The notes under the pieces are model-generated. The model was not told where the DNA came from. It made no database searches and worked only from the letters and a program-made list of their open reading frames with translations. Below, piece by piece: positions 10,332 to 22,505 of a DNA stretch of 64,000 nucleotides. The DNA comes from Dysgonamonadaceae bacterium. GTDB taxonomy: Bacteria > Bacteroidota > Bacteroidia > Bacteroidales > Dysgonomonadaceae. The DNA is taken from NCBI GenBank assembly GCA_036837375.1, contig DAITIG010000003.1:2255-66254 (forward strand), written 5' to 3'. Position numbers and translations under genes: made by a program. The first letter of the stretch is position 1. The number at the start of each line of letters is the position of its first letter.

Positions 10332-12875
10332 TCATTCTGCTTGCTCCGCGATCGACGACTCATTGGAAATATCCCCTACAGGTAACTCATCATCAGCTAA
10401 TACCTCTTCTGCCCTGTTCACCTTGCAAACCGATGCGATCTGATCATTTCGCTTTTCCAGATTGATGAGACGCACACCTTGTGTGGCACGGCCCATGATG
10501 CGAATTTCGGAAATATTTAAACGAATGGTGATACCAGACTTGTTAATAATCATTAAATCGTTCTCATCCGTTACACTCTTGATGGCTACCAGCTTGCCGG
10601 TCTTCTCAGTCACGTTCAGTGTTTTCACCCCTTTAAGGCCACGATTTGTGATGCGGTAAACCGGTTCGCCATTCTCATCGTCAAGGTGTGTTCTCTTCCC
10701 GTAACCCTGTTCCGATACCACCAGGATGGTATTTTCACTATTGGGATCCATGCAGATCATACCGATCACCTCATCCTGGCCATCCTCATCAAGGGTCATC
10801 CCCCTGACGCCCGTGGCCGTACGTCCCATAGACCGCACGGTCTCTTCGCTGAAGCGGATGGCACGGCCATTCTTATTGGCCAGGATCACATGCTTCTTCC
10901 CATCGGTAAGTCGTACCGAGATCACCTCGTCATCCTCACGGATGGTGATGGCGTTCACCCCGTTCTGCCTGGGCCGTGAGTAAGCTTCGAGCGGTGTCTT
11001 CTTGATCACACCCTGACGGGTACAGAAGAGCAGATAATGTTTTTTGATGTACTCCTGATCGCTGAGGGTGTCAACCCGCACAAAAGCGGTGACAGCATCA
11101 TCCGGATCGATGCTCAGCAGGTTCTGAATCGCCCTGCCCTTGGAGTTCTTGGATCCTTCCGGAATTTCATAGACACGCAGCCAGTAACATTTACCCTTTT
11201 GGGTGAAGAAAAGCATGTAGTTGTGTGTGGTGGCCGGGTAGATATACTCCACGAAATCCTCATCGCGGGTGTCGGAGCCCCTGGCTCCCATTCCACCCCT
11301 GTTCTGTGTGTGGAAGTCGGCCAGCGGTGTCCGTTTGATATAACCCAGATGGGAGATGGTGATCACCATCTCATCATTGGAATAGAAATCTTCCGGGTTC
11401 ATCTCTTCAGCGGAGAAGATGATCTCCGAACGGCGTGCATCGCCATACTTGTCGCGGATCTCAATCAGCTCATCCTTGATCACCTGCATGCGCAGCTCCT
11501 CGTTGTTGAGAATCTCGTTGAGGTGTGCGATCAGTTTCTGTATCTCCTCGTACTCGGCACGCAGCTTATCCTGCTCCAGGCCGGTGAGCTGCCGCAGACG
11601 CATCTCCACAATGGCGCGCGACTGGATCTCGCTCAGTGAGAAGCGTTCCATCAGCCGCTGGATCGCCTCCTGAGGTGTAGAGGAGCTGCGGATAATGGCG
11701 ATCACCTCGTCGATGTTGTCGGAGGCGATGATCAGTCCCTCCAGGATATGGGCCCGTTCTTCCGCCTTGCGCAGGTCATACCTGGTGCGGCGGATCACCA
11801 CATCGATGCGGTGCTCCACGAAAAGCTCGATCATCCGCTTAAGCGTCAGCAGCTCCGGGCGTCCTTTCACCAGGGCGATGTTGTTGACGCTGAAAGAGGA
11901 TTGCAGCGCAGTGAGCTTGTAAAGCTTGTTAAGCACCACGTTTGCATTGCCTTCGCGTTTGATATCCACCACGATACGCATCCCGTCACGGTCGCTCTCA
12001 TCGTTGATGTTGGAGATCCCCTCTATCTTTTTCTCCGACACCAGGTCGGCAATATGCTTGATCATTTCGGCCTTGTTCACCTGGTATGGAATCTCGGTGA
12101 TGATGATCTTGTCGTGTGTCTTACCCGACTCGATCTCAGCACGACCACGCATCACGATGCGCCCCCTGCCGGTCTCGAATGCCTCTTCCACCCCCTTGTA
12201 ACCATAGATAAAAGATCCGGTGGGGAAATCAGGTGCCTTGATGTAGGCCATCAACCCCTTGGTGTCGATCTCCCGGTCATCGATATAGGCAATGATGCCG
12301 TTGATGCATTCCGTCAGGTTGTGGGGTGCAATATTGGTAGCCATACCCACCGCGATACCGGAGGAGCCGTTGATCAGCAGGTTGGGGATACGGGTAGGCA
12401 ATACAGTGGGCTCCAGCAGTGTATCGTCGAAGTTGAGCTGAAAGTCGACCGTCTCCTTGTCTATGTCGCGCAGCATCTCCTCCGCCAGCCGGTTGAGGCG
12501 GGCTTCGGTATAACGCATGGCCGCAGGGCTGTCACCGTCTACACTCCCCATGTTACCCTGTCCATCTACCAGCGTGTAGCGCATGCTCCAGTCCTGTGCC
12601 AGGCGCACCATGGCGTTGTATACCGAAGAGTCACCATGCGGGTGATACTTACCCAACACCTCCCCCACGATCCTGGCCGATTTCTTATGGGGTTTGTCGG
12701 AGGTGTTACCCAGCTCCGACATCCCGAAAAGGATGCGACGGTGAACCGGCTTGAACCCGTCGCGCACGTCGGGCAAGGCACGCGAAACGATCACTGACAT
12801 CGAATAATCGATGTATGACGATTTCATTTCATCTTCGATATTGATCTTGATGATTCTATCTTCCTGATCCATCAT
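10332..12875 (-). CDS. gyrA: DNA gyrase subunit A
   Basis: [18 protein letters not shown] catalytic Tyr and GyrA-box-like QNRGGMG. Confidence 0.97.
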   Translation of the reverse strand: MMDQEDRIIKINIEDEMKSSYIDYSMSVIVSRALPDVRDGFKPVHRRILFGMSELGNTSDKPHKKSARIVGEVLGKYHPHGDSSVYNAMVRLAQDWSMRYTLVDGQGNMGSVDGDSPAAMRYTEARLNRLAEEMLRDIDKETVDFQLNFDDTLLEPTVLPTRIPNLLINGSSGIAVGMATNIAPHNLTECINGIIAYIDDREIDTKGLMAYIKAPDFPTGSFIYGYKGVEEAFETGRGRIVMRGRAEIESGKTHDKIIITEIPYQVNKAEMIKHIADLVSEKKIEGISNINDESDRDGMRIVVDIKREGNANVVLNKLYKLTALQSSFSVNNIALVKGRPELLTLKRMIELFVEHRIDVVIRRTRYDLRKAEERAHILEGLIIASDNIDEVIAIIRSSSTPQEAIQRLMERFSLSEIQSRAIVEMRLRQLTGLEQDKLRAEYEEIQKLIAHLNEILNNEELRMQVIKDELIEIRDKYGDARRSEIIFSAEEMNPEDFYSNDEMVITISHLGYIKRTPLADFHTQNRGGMGARGSDTRDEDFVEYIYPATTHNYMLFFTQKGKCYWLRVYEIPEGSKNSKGRAIQNLLSIDPDDAVTAFVRVDTLSDQEYIKKHYLLFCTRQGVIKKTPLEAYSRPRQNGVNAITIREDDEVISVRLTDGKKHVILANKNGRAIRFSEETVRSMGRTATGVRGMTLDEDGQDEVIGMICMDPNSENTILVVSEQGYGKRTHLDDENGEPVYRITNRGLKGVKTLNVTEKTGKLVAIKSVTDENDLMIINKSGITIRLNISEIRIMGRATQGVRLINLEKRNDQIASVCKVNRAEEVLADDELPVGDISNESSIAEQAE

Positions 12876-12996
12876 GTGAAAAATGTGATTATTCTCTTGT
12901 TTTGCAAAATGTGTATGTAGCTTATTTTCAAACTGTTCTGGTTTAAGCAGGCAGAGCCGGTTTCAGTACACTAAGATAGAGCTTTTCTCGCAGTTT

Positions 12997-13029
12997 AACA
13001 AACAAAACAGGGAGTTTATTACCCCCTGT
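12997..13029 (-). terminator. Possible intrinsic terminator after secA
   Basis: acaggg/ccctgt stem followed by a T-rich tract on the minus strand. Confidence 0.45.
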
Positions 13030-13056
13030 AGGTTTAAAAGTTACAGCTATTTTTAG

Positions 13057-16000
13057 CTATTCTCTGCCGTGACAGTTCTTGTATTTCTTGCCGCTGCCGC
13101 AGGGACAGGGATCATTTCTGCCCACTTTTTTCTCCACCCTTACCGGTTCCAGCTTCTGCGGCTGACGAGGCTGCGGGGTGCCACTCCCGTTGCCCGGTGC
13201 AGAGATGTTGCCACTCTCCTCCTTCTGTGTGCGGTACTTGCTGTAGTCGGTCTTCTGCTCCGGTGCTGCCTGTCTCACATGTGCGGGATCCTGAATGGGG
13301 ATCTGCCCGCGCATCAATACCGATACGGCCTTGGAGTTGATGTTACTCACCATGGTACGGAAGAGATTGAACGACTCCAGCTTATAGATCAGCAGCGGAT
13401 CCTTTTGCTCGTAGCTGGCGTTCTGCACCGAGTGACGCAGCTCATCCATCTCGCGCAGATGCTCTTTCCAGTCCTCATCGATGGTATGGAGCAGGATGGT
13501 TTTCTCGAATGCCCTCACCAACGCTTTTGAGCCCGACTCGTAGGCTTCTTTCAGGTTACAGGATACATTGTAGACTCTCTTGCCATCGGTGATGGGGATC
13601 AGGATGTTCTGGTACATCGCGCCCTGGTTCTCGTAGACCTGCCTGATCACCGGGTTGGCCACCTCGGCCAGTCGCTCGGTCTTGCGCTTAAAGGTCTCAA
13701 ATGCCTTGCGAGTGACTGCATCAATGATCTCCTCTGTTTTGAGCTTTTTCATATCGGCCTCGGTAAAGGGGATATCGAGTGCCATCACACGCAGCAGATC
13801 CAGCTTCATCGATTGATAATCATCTTCGTTGAGCTCCACAATATTTTTGACCGTATCGGTGATCATGTTAGCCACATCGTTCTCGATCCGCTCACCCATC
13901 AGTGCATGGCGACGTCGTTTGTAGATCAGCTCGCGCTGCGAGTTCATCACGTCGTCATACTCGAGCAGCCGCTTGCGGATACCGAAGTTATTCTCCTCCA
14001 CCTTTTTCTGGGCACGCTCTACCGACCTGCTAAGCATGCTATGCTCCAGCACGTCACCCTCCTGGAATCCCATCCGGTCCATCAGCCCGGCGATCCGCTC
14101 GGTGGCGAAGAGACGCATCAGGTCATCCTCGAGCGATACGAAGAAGACGGAGGATCCGGGGTCCCCCTGACGGCCGGCACGACCACGCAGCTGGCGGTCC
14201 ACACGGCGCGACTCATGCCGTTCCGTGCCGATGATGGCCAGACCGCCTGCCTCCCTCACCGCGGGAGAGAGCTTGATGTCGGTACCACGGCCGGCCATGT
14301 TGGTGGCGATGGTCACCACCCCACTCTGTCCCGCATTGGCCACTATCTCGGCCTCCCGTTGATGTTGCTTGGCATTCAGCACGTTGTGACTGATCTTGCG
14401 GAGGGTGAGCATGCGACTCAGCAACTCCGAGATCTCCACCGAGGTGGTACCCACCAGCACGGGACGACCCGCTTTGATCAGTGTCTCAATCTCTTCGATC
14501 ACCGCGTTATACTTCTCCCGTTTGGTCTTGTAGATCCGGTCGTTCTGGTCATCCCGGATGATTGGTTTGTTGGTGGGGATCACCACCACATCCAGCTTGT
14601 AGATATCCCAGAACTCACCCGCCTCCGTCTCGGCCGTACCGGTCATACCGGCCAGCTTACTGTACATGCGGAAGTAGTTCTGCAGGGTGATGGTAGCAAA
14701 GGTCTGGGTGGCAGCCTCCACCTTTACTCTTTCTTTCGCCTCGATTGCCTGGTGCAGACCGTCGGAGTAACGACGTCCCTCCATCACACGACCGGTCTGT
14801 TCATCCACGATCATCACCTTGTTGTTGATCACCACATACTCATCGTCGCGCTCAAAGAGCGTGTAGGCTTTCAGCAGCTGGTTAACGGTGTGCACCCGCT
14901 CCGACTTGATGGCATAGTTCTGCAGCAACTCATCCTTTTTTGCCTCTTTCTCTTCATCGCTCAGGTTGGCGTGCTCCAACTCCGCAAGCTGGGAAGCAAT
15001 ATCGGGCAAAATGAAGAACTGAGGGTCGTCAGACTTGCCGGTGAGCAGGTCGATCCCCTTATCAGTCAGCTCGATACTGTTCATCTTCTCATCGATTACA
15101 AAGTAGAGCGGATCGGTGACAATGTGCATGTTACGCATCTGCTCCTGCATATAGAATGCTTCTGTCTTGAGCATGGCTGCTCTCACCCCCTGTTCGCTGA
15201 GGTACTTGATCAGTGGCTTGTTTTTGGGCATCGCCTTGTAGGAGCGGAAGAGCTGCAGTGCTCCCTCCTCCTGCTCCTTGGGATCGGAGGAAGCCATCTT
15301 CAGCTTCGCCTCCGCCAGCAGACGGGTGGCCAGCTCACGCTGAGCCTTGACGATCACCTCTACCCGGGGTCGGAACTGATCGTAGAGCTGATCATCTCCC
15401 TTGGGCACCGGGCCGGAGATGATGAGCGGGGTGCGGGCATCGTCGATCAGCACCGAGTCCACCTCATCCACAATGGCATAGTTGTGCTTCCGCTGTACCA
15501 GGTCTTTCGGCGATATCGCCATGTTGTCACGCAGGTAGTCGAAGCCGAACTCGTTGTTGGTACCAAAAGTGATGTCTGCTTCGTAGGCCTTACGACGTGC
15601 TTCGGAATTGGGTTCATGCTTGTCTATGCAGTCTACCGAGAGACCGTGAAACATGTACATCGGTCCCATCCACTCGGCGTCACGCTTGGAGAGGTAGTCG
15701 TTCACTGTCACCACATGCACCCCTTCGTGGGTCAGCGCATTGAGGAAGACAGGGAGGGTGGCCACCAACGTCTTTCCCTCACCGGTAGCCATCTCGGCAA
15801 TCTTACCCCTGTGGAGCACCACTCCGCCGAAGAGCTGTACATCATAGTGCACCATGTCCCAGGTGATCTCATTGCCGCCGGCGATCCAATGGTTCTGATA
15901 GATCGCCTTATCTCCCTCAATACGCACAAAGTCGTGCGTGGCGGATAGGTCGCGGTCGAAGTCGGTAGCGGTGACAACGATCTCTTCATTCTCGGCAAAG

Positions 16001-16359
16001 CGGCGCGCCGTATCCTTCATGATGGAGAATGCCTCCGGCAGTATCTCCTCCAGTATTTTTTCATACTTATCGGTGATCGCTTTCTCAAGCTTATCGATCT
16101 GGTTCCATATCGACTCCCGCTGATCCAGGTCGACCTCCTCCATGCCGGCTTTCAGCCGCTCAATCTCTGTCTGCTCTTCGGCCACATAGTCCTTTATGCG
16201 CTTCTCAAGCTCTTTTGTTTTGTTTCGCAGCTCATCGTTCGTGAGCTTTGCAATATTGGCATAGGCATCCTGAACCTTTTTCACGATCGGGTTGATCTCT
16301 TTCAGGTCCCGTTGTGCCTTGTTACCAAATATCTTCGATATGATATCGTTCAATCCCAT
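13057..16359 (-). CDS. secA: Preprotein translocase ATPase SecA
   Basis: [22 protein letters not shown] and C-terminal SEC-C motif [13 protein letters not shown]. Confidence 0.98.
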   Translation of the reverse strand: MGLNDIISKIFGNKAQRDLKEINPIVKKVQDAYANIAKLTNDELRNKTKELEKRIKDYVAEEQTEIERLKAGMEEVDLDQRESIWNQIDKLEKAITDKYEKILEEILPEAFSIMKDTARRFAENEEIVVTATDFDRDLSATHDFVRIEGDKAIYQNHWIAGGNEITWDMVHYDVQLFGGVVLHRGKIAEMATGEGKTLVATLPVFLNALTHEGVHVVTVNDYLSKRDAEWMGPMYMFHGLSVDCIDKHEPNSEARRKAYEADITFGTNNEFGFDYLRDNMAISPKDLVQRKHNYAIVDEVDSVLIDDARTPLIISGPVPKGDDQLYDQFRPRVEVIVKAQRELATRLLAEAKLKMASSDPKEQEEGALQLFRSYKAMPKNKPLIKYLSEQGVRAAMLKTEAFYMQEQMRNMHIVTDPLYFVIDEKMNSIELTDKGIDLLTGKSDDPQFFILPDIASQLAELEHANLSDEEKEAKKDELLQNYAIKSERVHTVNQLLKAYTLFERDDEYVVINNKVMIVDEQTGRVMEGRRYSDGLHQAIEAKERVKVEAATQTFATITLQNYFRMYSKLAGMTGTAETEAGEFWDIYKLDVVVIPTNKPIIRDDQNDRIYKTKREKYNAVIEEIETLIKAGRPVLVGTTSVEISELLSRMLTLRKISHNVLNAKQHQREAEIVANAGQSGVVTIATNMAGRGTDIKLSPAVREAGGLAIIGTERHESRRVDRQLRGRAGRQGDPGSSVFFVSLEDDLMRLFATERIAGLMDRMGFQEGDVLEHSMLSRSVERAQKKVEENNFGIRKRLLEYDDVMNSQRELIYKRRRHALMGERIENDVANMITDTVKNIVELNEDDYQSMKLDLLRVMALDIPFTEADMKKLKTEEIIDAVTRKAFETFKRKTERLAEVANPVIRQVYENQGAMYQNILIPITDGKRVYNVSCNLKEAYESGSKALVRAFEKTILLHTIDEDWKEHLREMDELRHSVQNASYEQKDPLLIYKLESFNLFRTMVSNINSKAVSVLMRGQIPIQDPAHVRQAAPEQKTDYSKYRTQKEESGNISAPGNGSGTPQPRQPQKLEPVRVEKKVGRNDPCPCGSGKKYKNCHGRE

Positions 16360-16457
16360 GGTTTTGTTTTTTTTATCGTCTGACCTTGCCCATAGGCTGC
16401 CTCTCAGATGGGGGCGAGCAGGTTATCCTGTTATCTTTTCTGATGTGATGTGATGAT

Positions 16458-18056
16458 TCAATAGAGTTCTTCCAGAATCTTGCCGCTGGCAGCGTTGGGT
16501 GCACGGATGCGCAGGCGGTAGGAGACCGTTGGTGCAATCTCCGTGGCGTCGATGGTACGGTTAATCTTCTGTGGTTTGATGTCGCTGCCAAAAAAAATGA
16601 CCGGGGCGATGACTGCATTGCTGCGCTCCCGCACCTGCAGTTCAGAGCCGGGCTCCACTACCCTCCACCCGGGTTGCAGCTCCAGCATCAGGTCGCCCGA
16701 GATACCGGGGTAGTAACCGTTCCGCAGGAACAGGGTCTCCATATTTTGACCTGCCTGGGTCATCTGGTGTGCGGTGACCACCTGCTGGATACCGGCCGAC
16801 TGCACCAGGAATGCTGCCGCTTTTTCCTGGAGATCGGCAAAATCAATCTTACGGTCCTCTATCAGCTTGCGATCGAAATAGATATGGCGGTCGTAATACT
16901 TTTTGATCCACTGCTCGCGACCGTAGAGTGCCATCAGGTACATGTTGAGCAGTGCCTGGCTTCTGTCGGGATGAAAATCACCACCTGCCGGCACCATCCC
17001 CTCCGGGATAATCTCCTGTTCATTGAAATAGCCGGTAGAGACCAGGTAAACCAGGGTGTGTTTCAGTCCAACCGATGCCTCAATGGCATCCAGCAGACGG
17101 CCGATCTCCTGGTCGAGCCGATAGTAGGTATCCTGTATCTCTACGGAGTAATTCTTGTCAAGTGCTTTTTCATAATTGCCGGCATAGAAGGTGACAGCCA
17201 GAAAGTCGGGATTCATCCGTTTCCCCAGCTGACTGCTCTCCAGCACCTTGATGGCCATATCGTTCACCTCACTGTTCACAAAGGGTGACTGTTTAAAGAG
17301 GTGGAAGCTCTCTTTCTTCTCATTTCCGAAATAGTGCTGAAAGCGGTATCTGTTCTTGGTATAGGGAAAAGCGTTGTAGCTCTCGATCTCACGTGCGGGA
17401 CGCCAGGTGAGGCTGCCGATGGTGAGGCTGAGTGAGCCGGCGCTCCGATTCTGTTGGTCCACCGCCGGTTGTTTGTTTTTATAAAAGGTGGTGGAGGCCC
17501 ACTTGCCGGTATAATCCTCTATCCAGTAAGCACCAGTAGCGGCATGCCCCCCCGAAGCGAGTGCCTGAGAGGCATAAGGTGCAAAAGCATACACGTCGGA
17601 CTGTCCCCCCGAGGCAATTTTCAATTCGTCGGCGATGGTTGAGACGCGGATGGAACGGGGCGAGAGTTTCTCGGTGGTGTAATTGCCCAGGTAACGGTCA
17701 TCGGCAAACGAGGAGACCTCTTGGCCGGTCTCAATCTGGTAACGCTTCTCACTCGTTATCCCGTGATAGGAAGGATAGGCCCCGGTGAAAAGGGTGGTGA
17801 TCGCAGAAGCCCTGTCGGGATTGGGATAGTTGTATCGTATGTTGCTATATATCAATCCATTGTTGAGTAGCCTGTTGAAACCCTTGCTGCCAAAGTTGTG
17901 ACGGAACATCTCCAGATAGTCTCCCCGCAGTTGGTCAACCGTGATGGCTACCACCAGCTTGGGCACCTCTCCTGAATGGTTTTGTGCAGGGAGTGGCGCG
18001 ATTGCAAGGAATGCAACCAACGAAGAGAGTATCCGAATCCTATTGTTACCGCACAT
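16458..18056 (-). CDS. Alkaline phosphatase (PafA-like) fold protein with degenerate active site
   Basis: Signal peptide; PKLVVAITVDQLRGDYL and GFNRL N-terminus typical of PafA; catalytic motifs altered. Confidence 0.85.
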   Translation of the reverse strand: MCGNNRIRILSSLVAFLAIAPLPAQNHSGEVPKLVVAITVDQLRGDYLEMFRHNFGSKGFNRLLNNGLIYSNIRYNYPNPDRASAITTLFTGAYPSYHGITSEKRYQIETGQEVSSFADDRYLGNYTTEKLSPRSIRVSTIADELKIASGGQSDVYAFAPYASQALASGGHAATGAYWIEDYTGKWASTTFYKNKQPAVDQQNRSAGSLSLTIGSLTWRPAREIESYNAFPYTKNRYRFQHYFGNEKKESFHLFKQSPFVNSEVNDMAIKVLESSQLGKRMNPDFLAVTFYAGNYEKALDKNYSVEIQDTYYRLDQEIGRLLDAIEASVGLKHTLVYLVSTGYFNEQEIIPEGMVPAGGDFHPDRSQALLNMYLMALYGREQWIKKYYDRHIYFDRKLIEDRKIDFADLQEKAAAFLVQSAGIQQVVTAHQMTQAGQNMETLFLRNGYYPGISGDLMLELQPGWRVVEPGSELQVRERSNAVIAPVIFFGSDIKPQKINRTIDATEIAPTVSYRLRIRAPNAASGKILEELY

Positions 18057-18071
18057 CTGAATTGAATAGTT

Positions 18072-19358
18072 TTATTGTCCCCACGCTGCTTTCATCTCCC
18101 TGCTGGATGTGAACCGTCGATCCTTGATTTTCAATTTTCTGACTATCAATATGTTTGCAGCAGAACGGATCCACAAGCTCATGGAAAATGGGATGGTTGC
18201 CACCGGCAGCTGTTGCGGAAGAAACCACCAACAGAGGAGAAACAGCGTCAAGAGTACAAAGTTAATAAAATGATAGAAATAAACACCCCTCTGTGCCGAT
18301 TTCACCCAAAAGAAAGGTGCGGCAATCACCGCGGCGGGATGGAGCCAGATCAGGTTCCAGTTAGGGTTGGTTGCAGGATGGGAGGAGAAGTACATCAGGA
18401 TAAAGATAATCACACCCCCCACCCCGGCCAATCCGAAAAGAATGGTGTCATAGATCCTGGGCAAATGCCCCCGATTCATCTTATAAAACTGAATTACAGA
18501 GACCATAATCGAAAGAAGCAGCAATGCGAATGCCATTAAAAGGGGCGTAAACAGACCCTGTTCGCGGGTGGCGTTCCGTTTTAGATCCTGTGTCAGCAGC
18601 AACTCGCTGTGACTGACCAGCGGCACAGTGAGCGAGTCGTGCTTATAGATGGTCGCTTTGGCAAAGGAGTCCATCAGATAGGAAGGGATAAACATCTTTT
18701 CCCGCACGTCAATGGTCCGGTCGGCCTCAGACCCGATCAACAGATCAATGCCAAAGCTGTACCAGGGGTAATTGACCAGGGACTCATGCACCAGGTCACG
18801 GTACGACTGTGGTGCATCAGTTGGAGGGTATTGGATCTCTCCGTTGCAATATTGCTCCACCATGTCGCGTGGACGGGTGGCGCAGTTGTCATAAAAGTAG
18901 TTGTACCGGTATTTCCTGTTTTCCGGGAGTGCATTTTCGTAAAGTGCATCATAGAGCTTCTGTTTTTCAGCCGGTGAGAGATTCAGTTGCTGCTCCACCA
19001 CCTGTTGCCCCTTTGCACGGTATTCATAGATGAAATCGGCAAAGGAGGTCACACCCAGAATGTAATCGGTTCTTCCCCGTACAAAGTTGTAGATGAAACC
19101 AGGCTGAGAGGAGTCGAAAAAGCCATAGTTGTAAACCTCATCGATGCCGGTGGAATCATCCTGTACCCGGATAGCGGTGTGACCAAAGAGGGCATAGATC
19201 GCACCGTTCCAGGGAGAGGCTGTCAGCAGGCTCACGGTAGCGCTGTCGTTCAGCTGCACCTGTGCTTTTATCGAGGGGTTCAGCAACAGCAGGCAGACAG
19301 ACAAAATCGGTATGAGATTCCCTTTTGCAGGAAATGGGATTGGAACTGCTTGTTTCAT
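18072..19358 (-). CDS. lnb: DUF4105 membrane protein, lipoprotein N-acyltransferase Lnb-like
   Basis: YALFGHTAIR, YNYGFFD and YNYFYDNCATR in the periplasmic domain, then ~5 C-terminal TM helices; -7 element at 19394-19401. Confidence 0.8.
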   Translation of the reverse strand: MKQAVPIPFPAKGNLIPILSVCLLLLNPSIKAQVQLNDSATVSLLTASPWNGAIYALFGHTAIRVQDDSTGIDEVYNYGFFDSSQPGFIYNFVRGRTDYILGVTSFADFIYEYRAKGQQVVEQQLNLSPAEKQKLYDALYENALPENRKYRYNYFYDNCATRPRDMVEQYCNGEIQYPPTDAPQSYRDLVHESLVNYPWYSFGIDLLIGSEADRTIDVREKMFIPSYLMDSFAKATIYKHDSLTVPLVSHSELLLTQDLKRNATREQGLFTPLLMAFALLLLSIMVSVIQFYKMNRGHLPRIYDTILFGLAGVGGVIIFILMYFSSHPATNPNWNLIWLHPAAVIAAPFFWVKSAQRGVYFYHFINFVLLTLFLLCWWFLPQQLPVATIPFSMSLWIRSAANILIVRKLKIKDRRFTSSREMKAAWGQ

Positions 19359-19404
19359 CTCTCTCTATTTGTTCATTTCAACTTGCACAGCTGCAAAAAT
19401 AGAC

Positions 19405-19435
19405 AAAAATAACGGCGGTCTCAAAAGATCGCCGT
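19405..19435 (-). terminator. Intrinsic terminator after rpmE2
   Basis: acggcggtct-caaa-agatcgccgt stem plus T-tract on the minus strand. Confidence 0.7.
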
Positions 19436-19459
19436 GTAAATTCATTCTCCTGGAACCTT

Positions 19460-19717
19460 TTACTTCTTCTTGTTACGGTTTCCGTAACGGTTCATAAACT
19501 TGTCAACACGCCCAGCTGTATCCACCAGCTTTTGTTTTCCGGTGTAGAAAGGGTGCGATGCACTGGTGATCTCAAGCTTTACCAATGGATAGGTAACACC
19601 GTCAATTTCAATGGTCTCCTTTGCATTGATGGTTGAGCGAGAGATGAAGATCTCCTCGTTCGACATATCCTTGAAAACTACCGGACGGTAATTGTTGGGG
19701 TGAATTTCTTTTTTCAT
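19460..19717 (-). CDS. rpmE2: 50S ribosomal protein L31 type B
   Basis: [16 protein letters not shown] and GRVDKF; no Zn cysteines; -7 element at 19756-19763. Confidence 0.95.
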   Translation of the reverse strand: MKKEIHPNNYRPVVFKDMSNEEIFISRSTINAKETIEIDGVTYPLVKLEITSASHPFYTGKQKLVDTAGRVDKFMNRYGNRNKKK

Positions 19718-19900
19718 TATATCCTTTTATTTATATGATACTCATTTTTGGATGGCAAAGATAGCACTTTCTCCCAGAATAAAAAAATAAATGGAATAAA
19801 GATATCATTTTTGGGCAATTGGATCCAATTCCCCGAAGCAAATTTGAATGAATGCAAAAGATTATGCTTTATTTTGCAGTTTATTTTACGTTACACAAAC

Positions 19901-21142
19901 ATGAAGATTGAAATTGTCACCATTGGTGATGAGCTGCTGATCGGGCAGATCCCCAACACCAATTCGGTATGGATGGCACGGGAGCTGACAGCAGAAGGGT
20001 TCCGGGTCGTTGCCATCACCACTGTCGGCGATGCCCCGGACGACCTGCTCAAGGCGCTCGATACCGCCTTTGTCCGGGCTGATATTCTGCTCCTCACCGG
20101 TGGTGTTGGTCCCACCCGTGACGACCGCACCAAGGATGCCCTTTGCCGTTACTTCAATTGCGGGCTTACATTCAACCAAGAGGTGCTGCAGCATATTGAA
20201 GCCCTGTTCGAGCGACGCAAGATTGCGCTGAACCCCCTGACACGAGACCAGGCGATGGTGCCGGAAGTGGCGACGGTGATCCCCAACCGTGTGGGTACCG
20301 CCCCCCTGCTCTGGTTTGAGAAAGGTGAGCAGCTGCTGGTATCGATGCCGGGGGTGCCATCGGAGATGCGGACAGCCATGCAGGAGGAGATCATACCCAG
20401 GCTGAAACAATCATTTCGCCAGAGCAGCTATCAACGAAGGGATTACCTGGTAACAGGCTTTAGCGAGTCGGCGTTGGCCGCTCATCTGGCTCCTTTTGAG
20501 GATCAGCTCGCCGCTCCATTTTCACTTGCCTATCTACCCACCTATGAGGGGATCCGGTTGCGGCTCTCAGCATGGGGCGAGGAGCATGCTGCTGAGATGG
20601 AACGGCAGGATCTGTTGCTGAGGGAGCTGTTGGGCAGTCATTGCATCTCTTTTGGTGAGAAGAGCGCAGAAGCGTTGTTGGGTGAGATGCTGGTGAAGAG
20701 AGGGCTTACCCTTTCAACAGCGGAGAGCTGCACCGGTGGATACATTGCACATCTGATCACCTCCATTCATGGTGCCTCTTCGTGGTACATGGGCAGTGTG
20801 GTTGCCTACGACAACAGCATCAAAGAGAAGCTGCTGCAGGTAAAAAAAGAGACACTGGCAATGCAGGGCGCAGTGAGCCGCGAAGTGGCGGAAGAGATGA
20901 TACGGGGTGTGGCTGCTGCAACAGGGACGAGCTGTGCCATAGCTGTCACCGGCATCATGGGTCCTGAGGGGGGCAGCCGGGAGAAGCCGGTGGGCACTGT
21001 GTGGGTCGCTACCCGCTGCAGGCAGGAGTTGATTGTCCGTGAATACAGCGTGGGCAACAACCGCGCTCAGAATATTGAGCGTACGGCCGGCATAGCCATT
21101 ACACAGCTTTTGAGAATGTTACAGCAGGAGACTGTTAGCTGA
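19901..21142 (+). CDS. cinA: CinA family protein (MCF domain + NMN deamidase PncC)
   Basis: IGDELLIG, GGVGPTRDD, MPGVPSEM, TAESCTGG and KPVGTV; start trimmed to MKIEIV. Confidence 0.93.
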   Translation: MKIEIVTIGDELLIGQIPNTNSVWMARELTAEGFRVVAITTVGDAPDDLLKALDTAFVRADILLLTGGVGPTRDDRTKDALCRYFNCGLTFNQEVLQHIEALFERRKIALNPLTRDQAMVPEVATVIPNRVGTAPLLWFEKGEQLLVSMPGVPSEMRTAMQEEIIPRLKQSFRQSSYQRRDYLVTGFSESALAAHLAPFEDQLAAPFSLAYLPTYEGIRLRLSAWGEEHAAEMERQDLLLRELLGSHCISFGEKSAEALLGEMLVKRGLTLSTAESCTGGYIAHLITSIHGASSWYMGSVVAYDNSIKEKLLQVKKETLAMQGAVSREVAEEMIRGVAAATGTSCAIAVTGIMGPEGGSREKPVGTVWVATRCRQELIVREYSVGNNRAQNIERTAGIAITQLLRMLQQETVS

Positions 21143-22406
21143 TTGCCTCAAATCCACAATAAGGCACCAGCACCTCCGGGATGCGGATGCCATCGGCTGT
21201 CTGGTTATTCTCCAGCAGGGCTGCCATGATGCGGGGAAGGGCCAGTGCACTGCCGTTGAGGGTATGGCAAAGCTGCGTTTTTCGCTCCGCATCGCGATAA
21301 CGGCATCTAAGACGGTTGGCCTGGTAGCTCTCGAAGTTGGATACCGAGCTCACTTCCAGCCAGCGTTGCTGAGCAGCCGAGAAGACCTCAAAGTCGAACG
21401 TGAGTGCCGCGGTGAAGCTCATGTCACCGCCGCAGAGGCGCAGGATGCGCCAGGGCAGCTTCAGTTGTTCCACCAGCGTCTGCACATAGGCCACCATCTC
21501 TTCGAGCCGATCATAGGAGTGTTCCGGTTTATCGATGCAGACGATCTCCACCTTATCGAACTGGTGCAGCCGGTTCAATCCCCTCACATCTTTACCATAT
21601 GATCCCGCCTCGCGGCGGAAGCAGGCAGAGTAAGCAGTGTTCCTGATCGGCAGCTCCTTTTCATCGAGAATCACATCACGATAGATGTTGGTCACCGGCA
21701 CCTCGGCGGTGGGTATCAGGTAGAGGTCATCGAGCCCCACATGATACATCTGTCCCTCCTTGTCCGGGAGTTGTCCCGTACCAAAAGCAGAGTCACTGTT
21801 CACCATATAGGGAGGTTGCACCTCCAGGTAACCCGCATCGCGGGCACTGTCAAGGAAGAAATTGATCAGGGAACGTTGAAGGCGTGCTCCTTTGCCTTTG
21901 TACACAGGAAAGCCGGCACCTGTGATCTTCACACCCAGCTGAAAATCGATCAGGTCATATCTCTTCGCCAGCTCCCAGTGAGGCAAGGCCCCCTCGGGCA
22001 GCTGAGGTTGCTCGCCCCCACTCCTTTCCACCAGGTTGTCTTCCGCACCTTTGCCTTGTGGCACCGACCGATGAGGCAGATTGGGAATGGTAACCAACAA
22101 GTTTTGAATCTTTTCCTCTGCAGCATGCAGGGTCTCTTCAAGCTCTTTGGCCGATTCTTTTAGCTTGTTCACCTGGGCACGTGCTTCGGTAGCCTCCTCT
22201 TTCCTGCCCTCTTTCATCAATGCACCGATAGAGCGAGAGAGGGTATTCACTTCATTCAGCAGCGTGTCGAGTGAGGTCTGAGTGCTGCGCCGCAGATCAT
22301 CCTGTGCGATGATTTCGTCAATCACCACACTCCCATCGAAATGTTTGCACATGAGGCGCTGCAACACCTCTTCCCTCTTTTCTCTGATTACCTTGAGTGT
22401 GAGCAT
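21135..22406 (-). CDS. serS: Serine--tRNA ligase
   Basis: IPTAEVP, FRREAGSYG, HQFDKVE and HTLNGSALA; -7 element at 22437-22444. Confidence 0.97.
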   Translation of the reverse strand: MLTLKVIREKREEVLQRLMCKHFDGSVVIDEIIAQDDLRRSTQTSLDTLLNEVNTLSRSIGALMKEGRKEEATEARAQVNKLKESAKELEETLHAAEEKIQNLLVTIPNLPHRSVPQGKGAEDNLVERSGGEQPQLPEGALPHWELAKRYDLIDFQLGVKITGAGFPVYKGKGARLQRSLINFFLDSARDAGYLEVQPPYMVNSDSAFGTGQLPDKEGQMYHVGLDDLYLIPTAEVPVTNIYRDVILDEKELPIRNTAYSACFRREAGSYGKDVRGLNRLHQFDKVEIVCIDKPEHSYDRLEEMVAYVQTLVEQLKLPWRILRLCGGDMSFTAALTFDFEVFSAAQQRWLEVSSVSNFESYQANRLRCRYRDAERKTQLCHTLNGSALALPRIMAALLENNQTADGIRIPEVLVPYCGFEAIS

Positions 22407-22505
22407 AGCAAGTTGTTCAACTGTTTTTTCAGTGGGCAAAGATATAAAAAATAGGGGCATCAAAACAGTCACAGCGGAAAATAACTTCCGAAAGGTGCAA
22501 TGAGA

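Noticed and set aside
12931..12943. 13-bp AACTGTTCTGGTT also present at 27277-27289
   Set aside because: 13-mer matches are expected by chance in 64 kb, and there is no shared context
13813..15948. 711-aa plus-strand ORF (and 11748-12797, 349 aa)
   Set aside because: Antisense shadows of secA and gyrA with no recognisable motifs; common opposite well-conserved, moderately GC-rich genes
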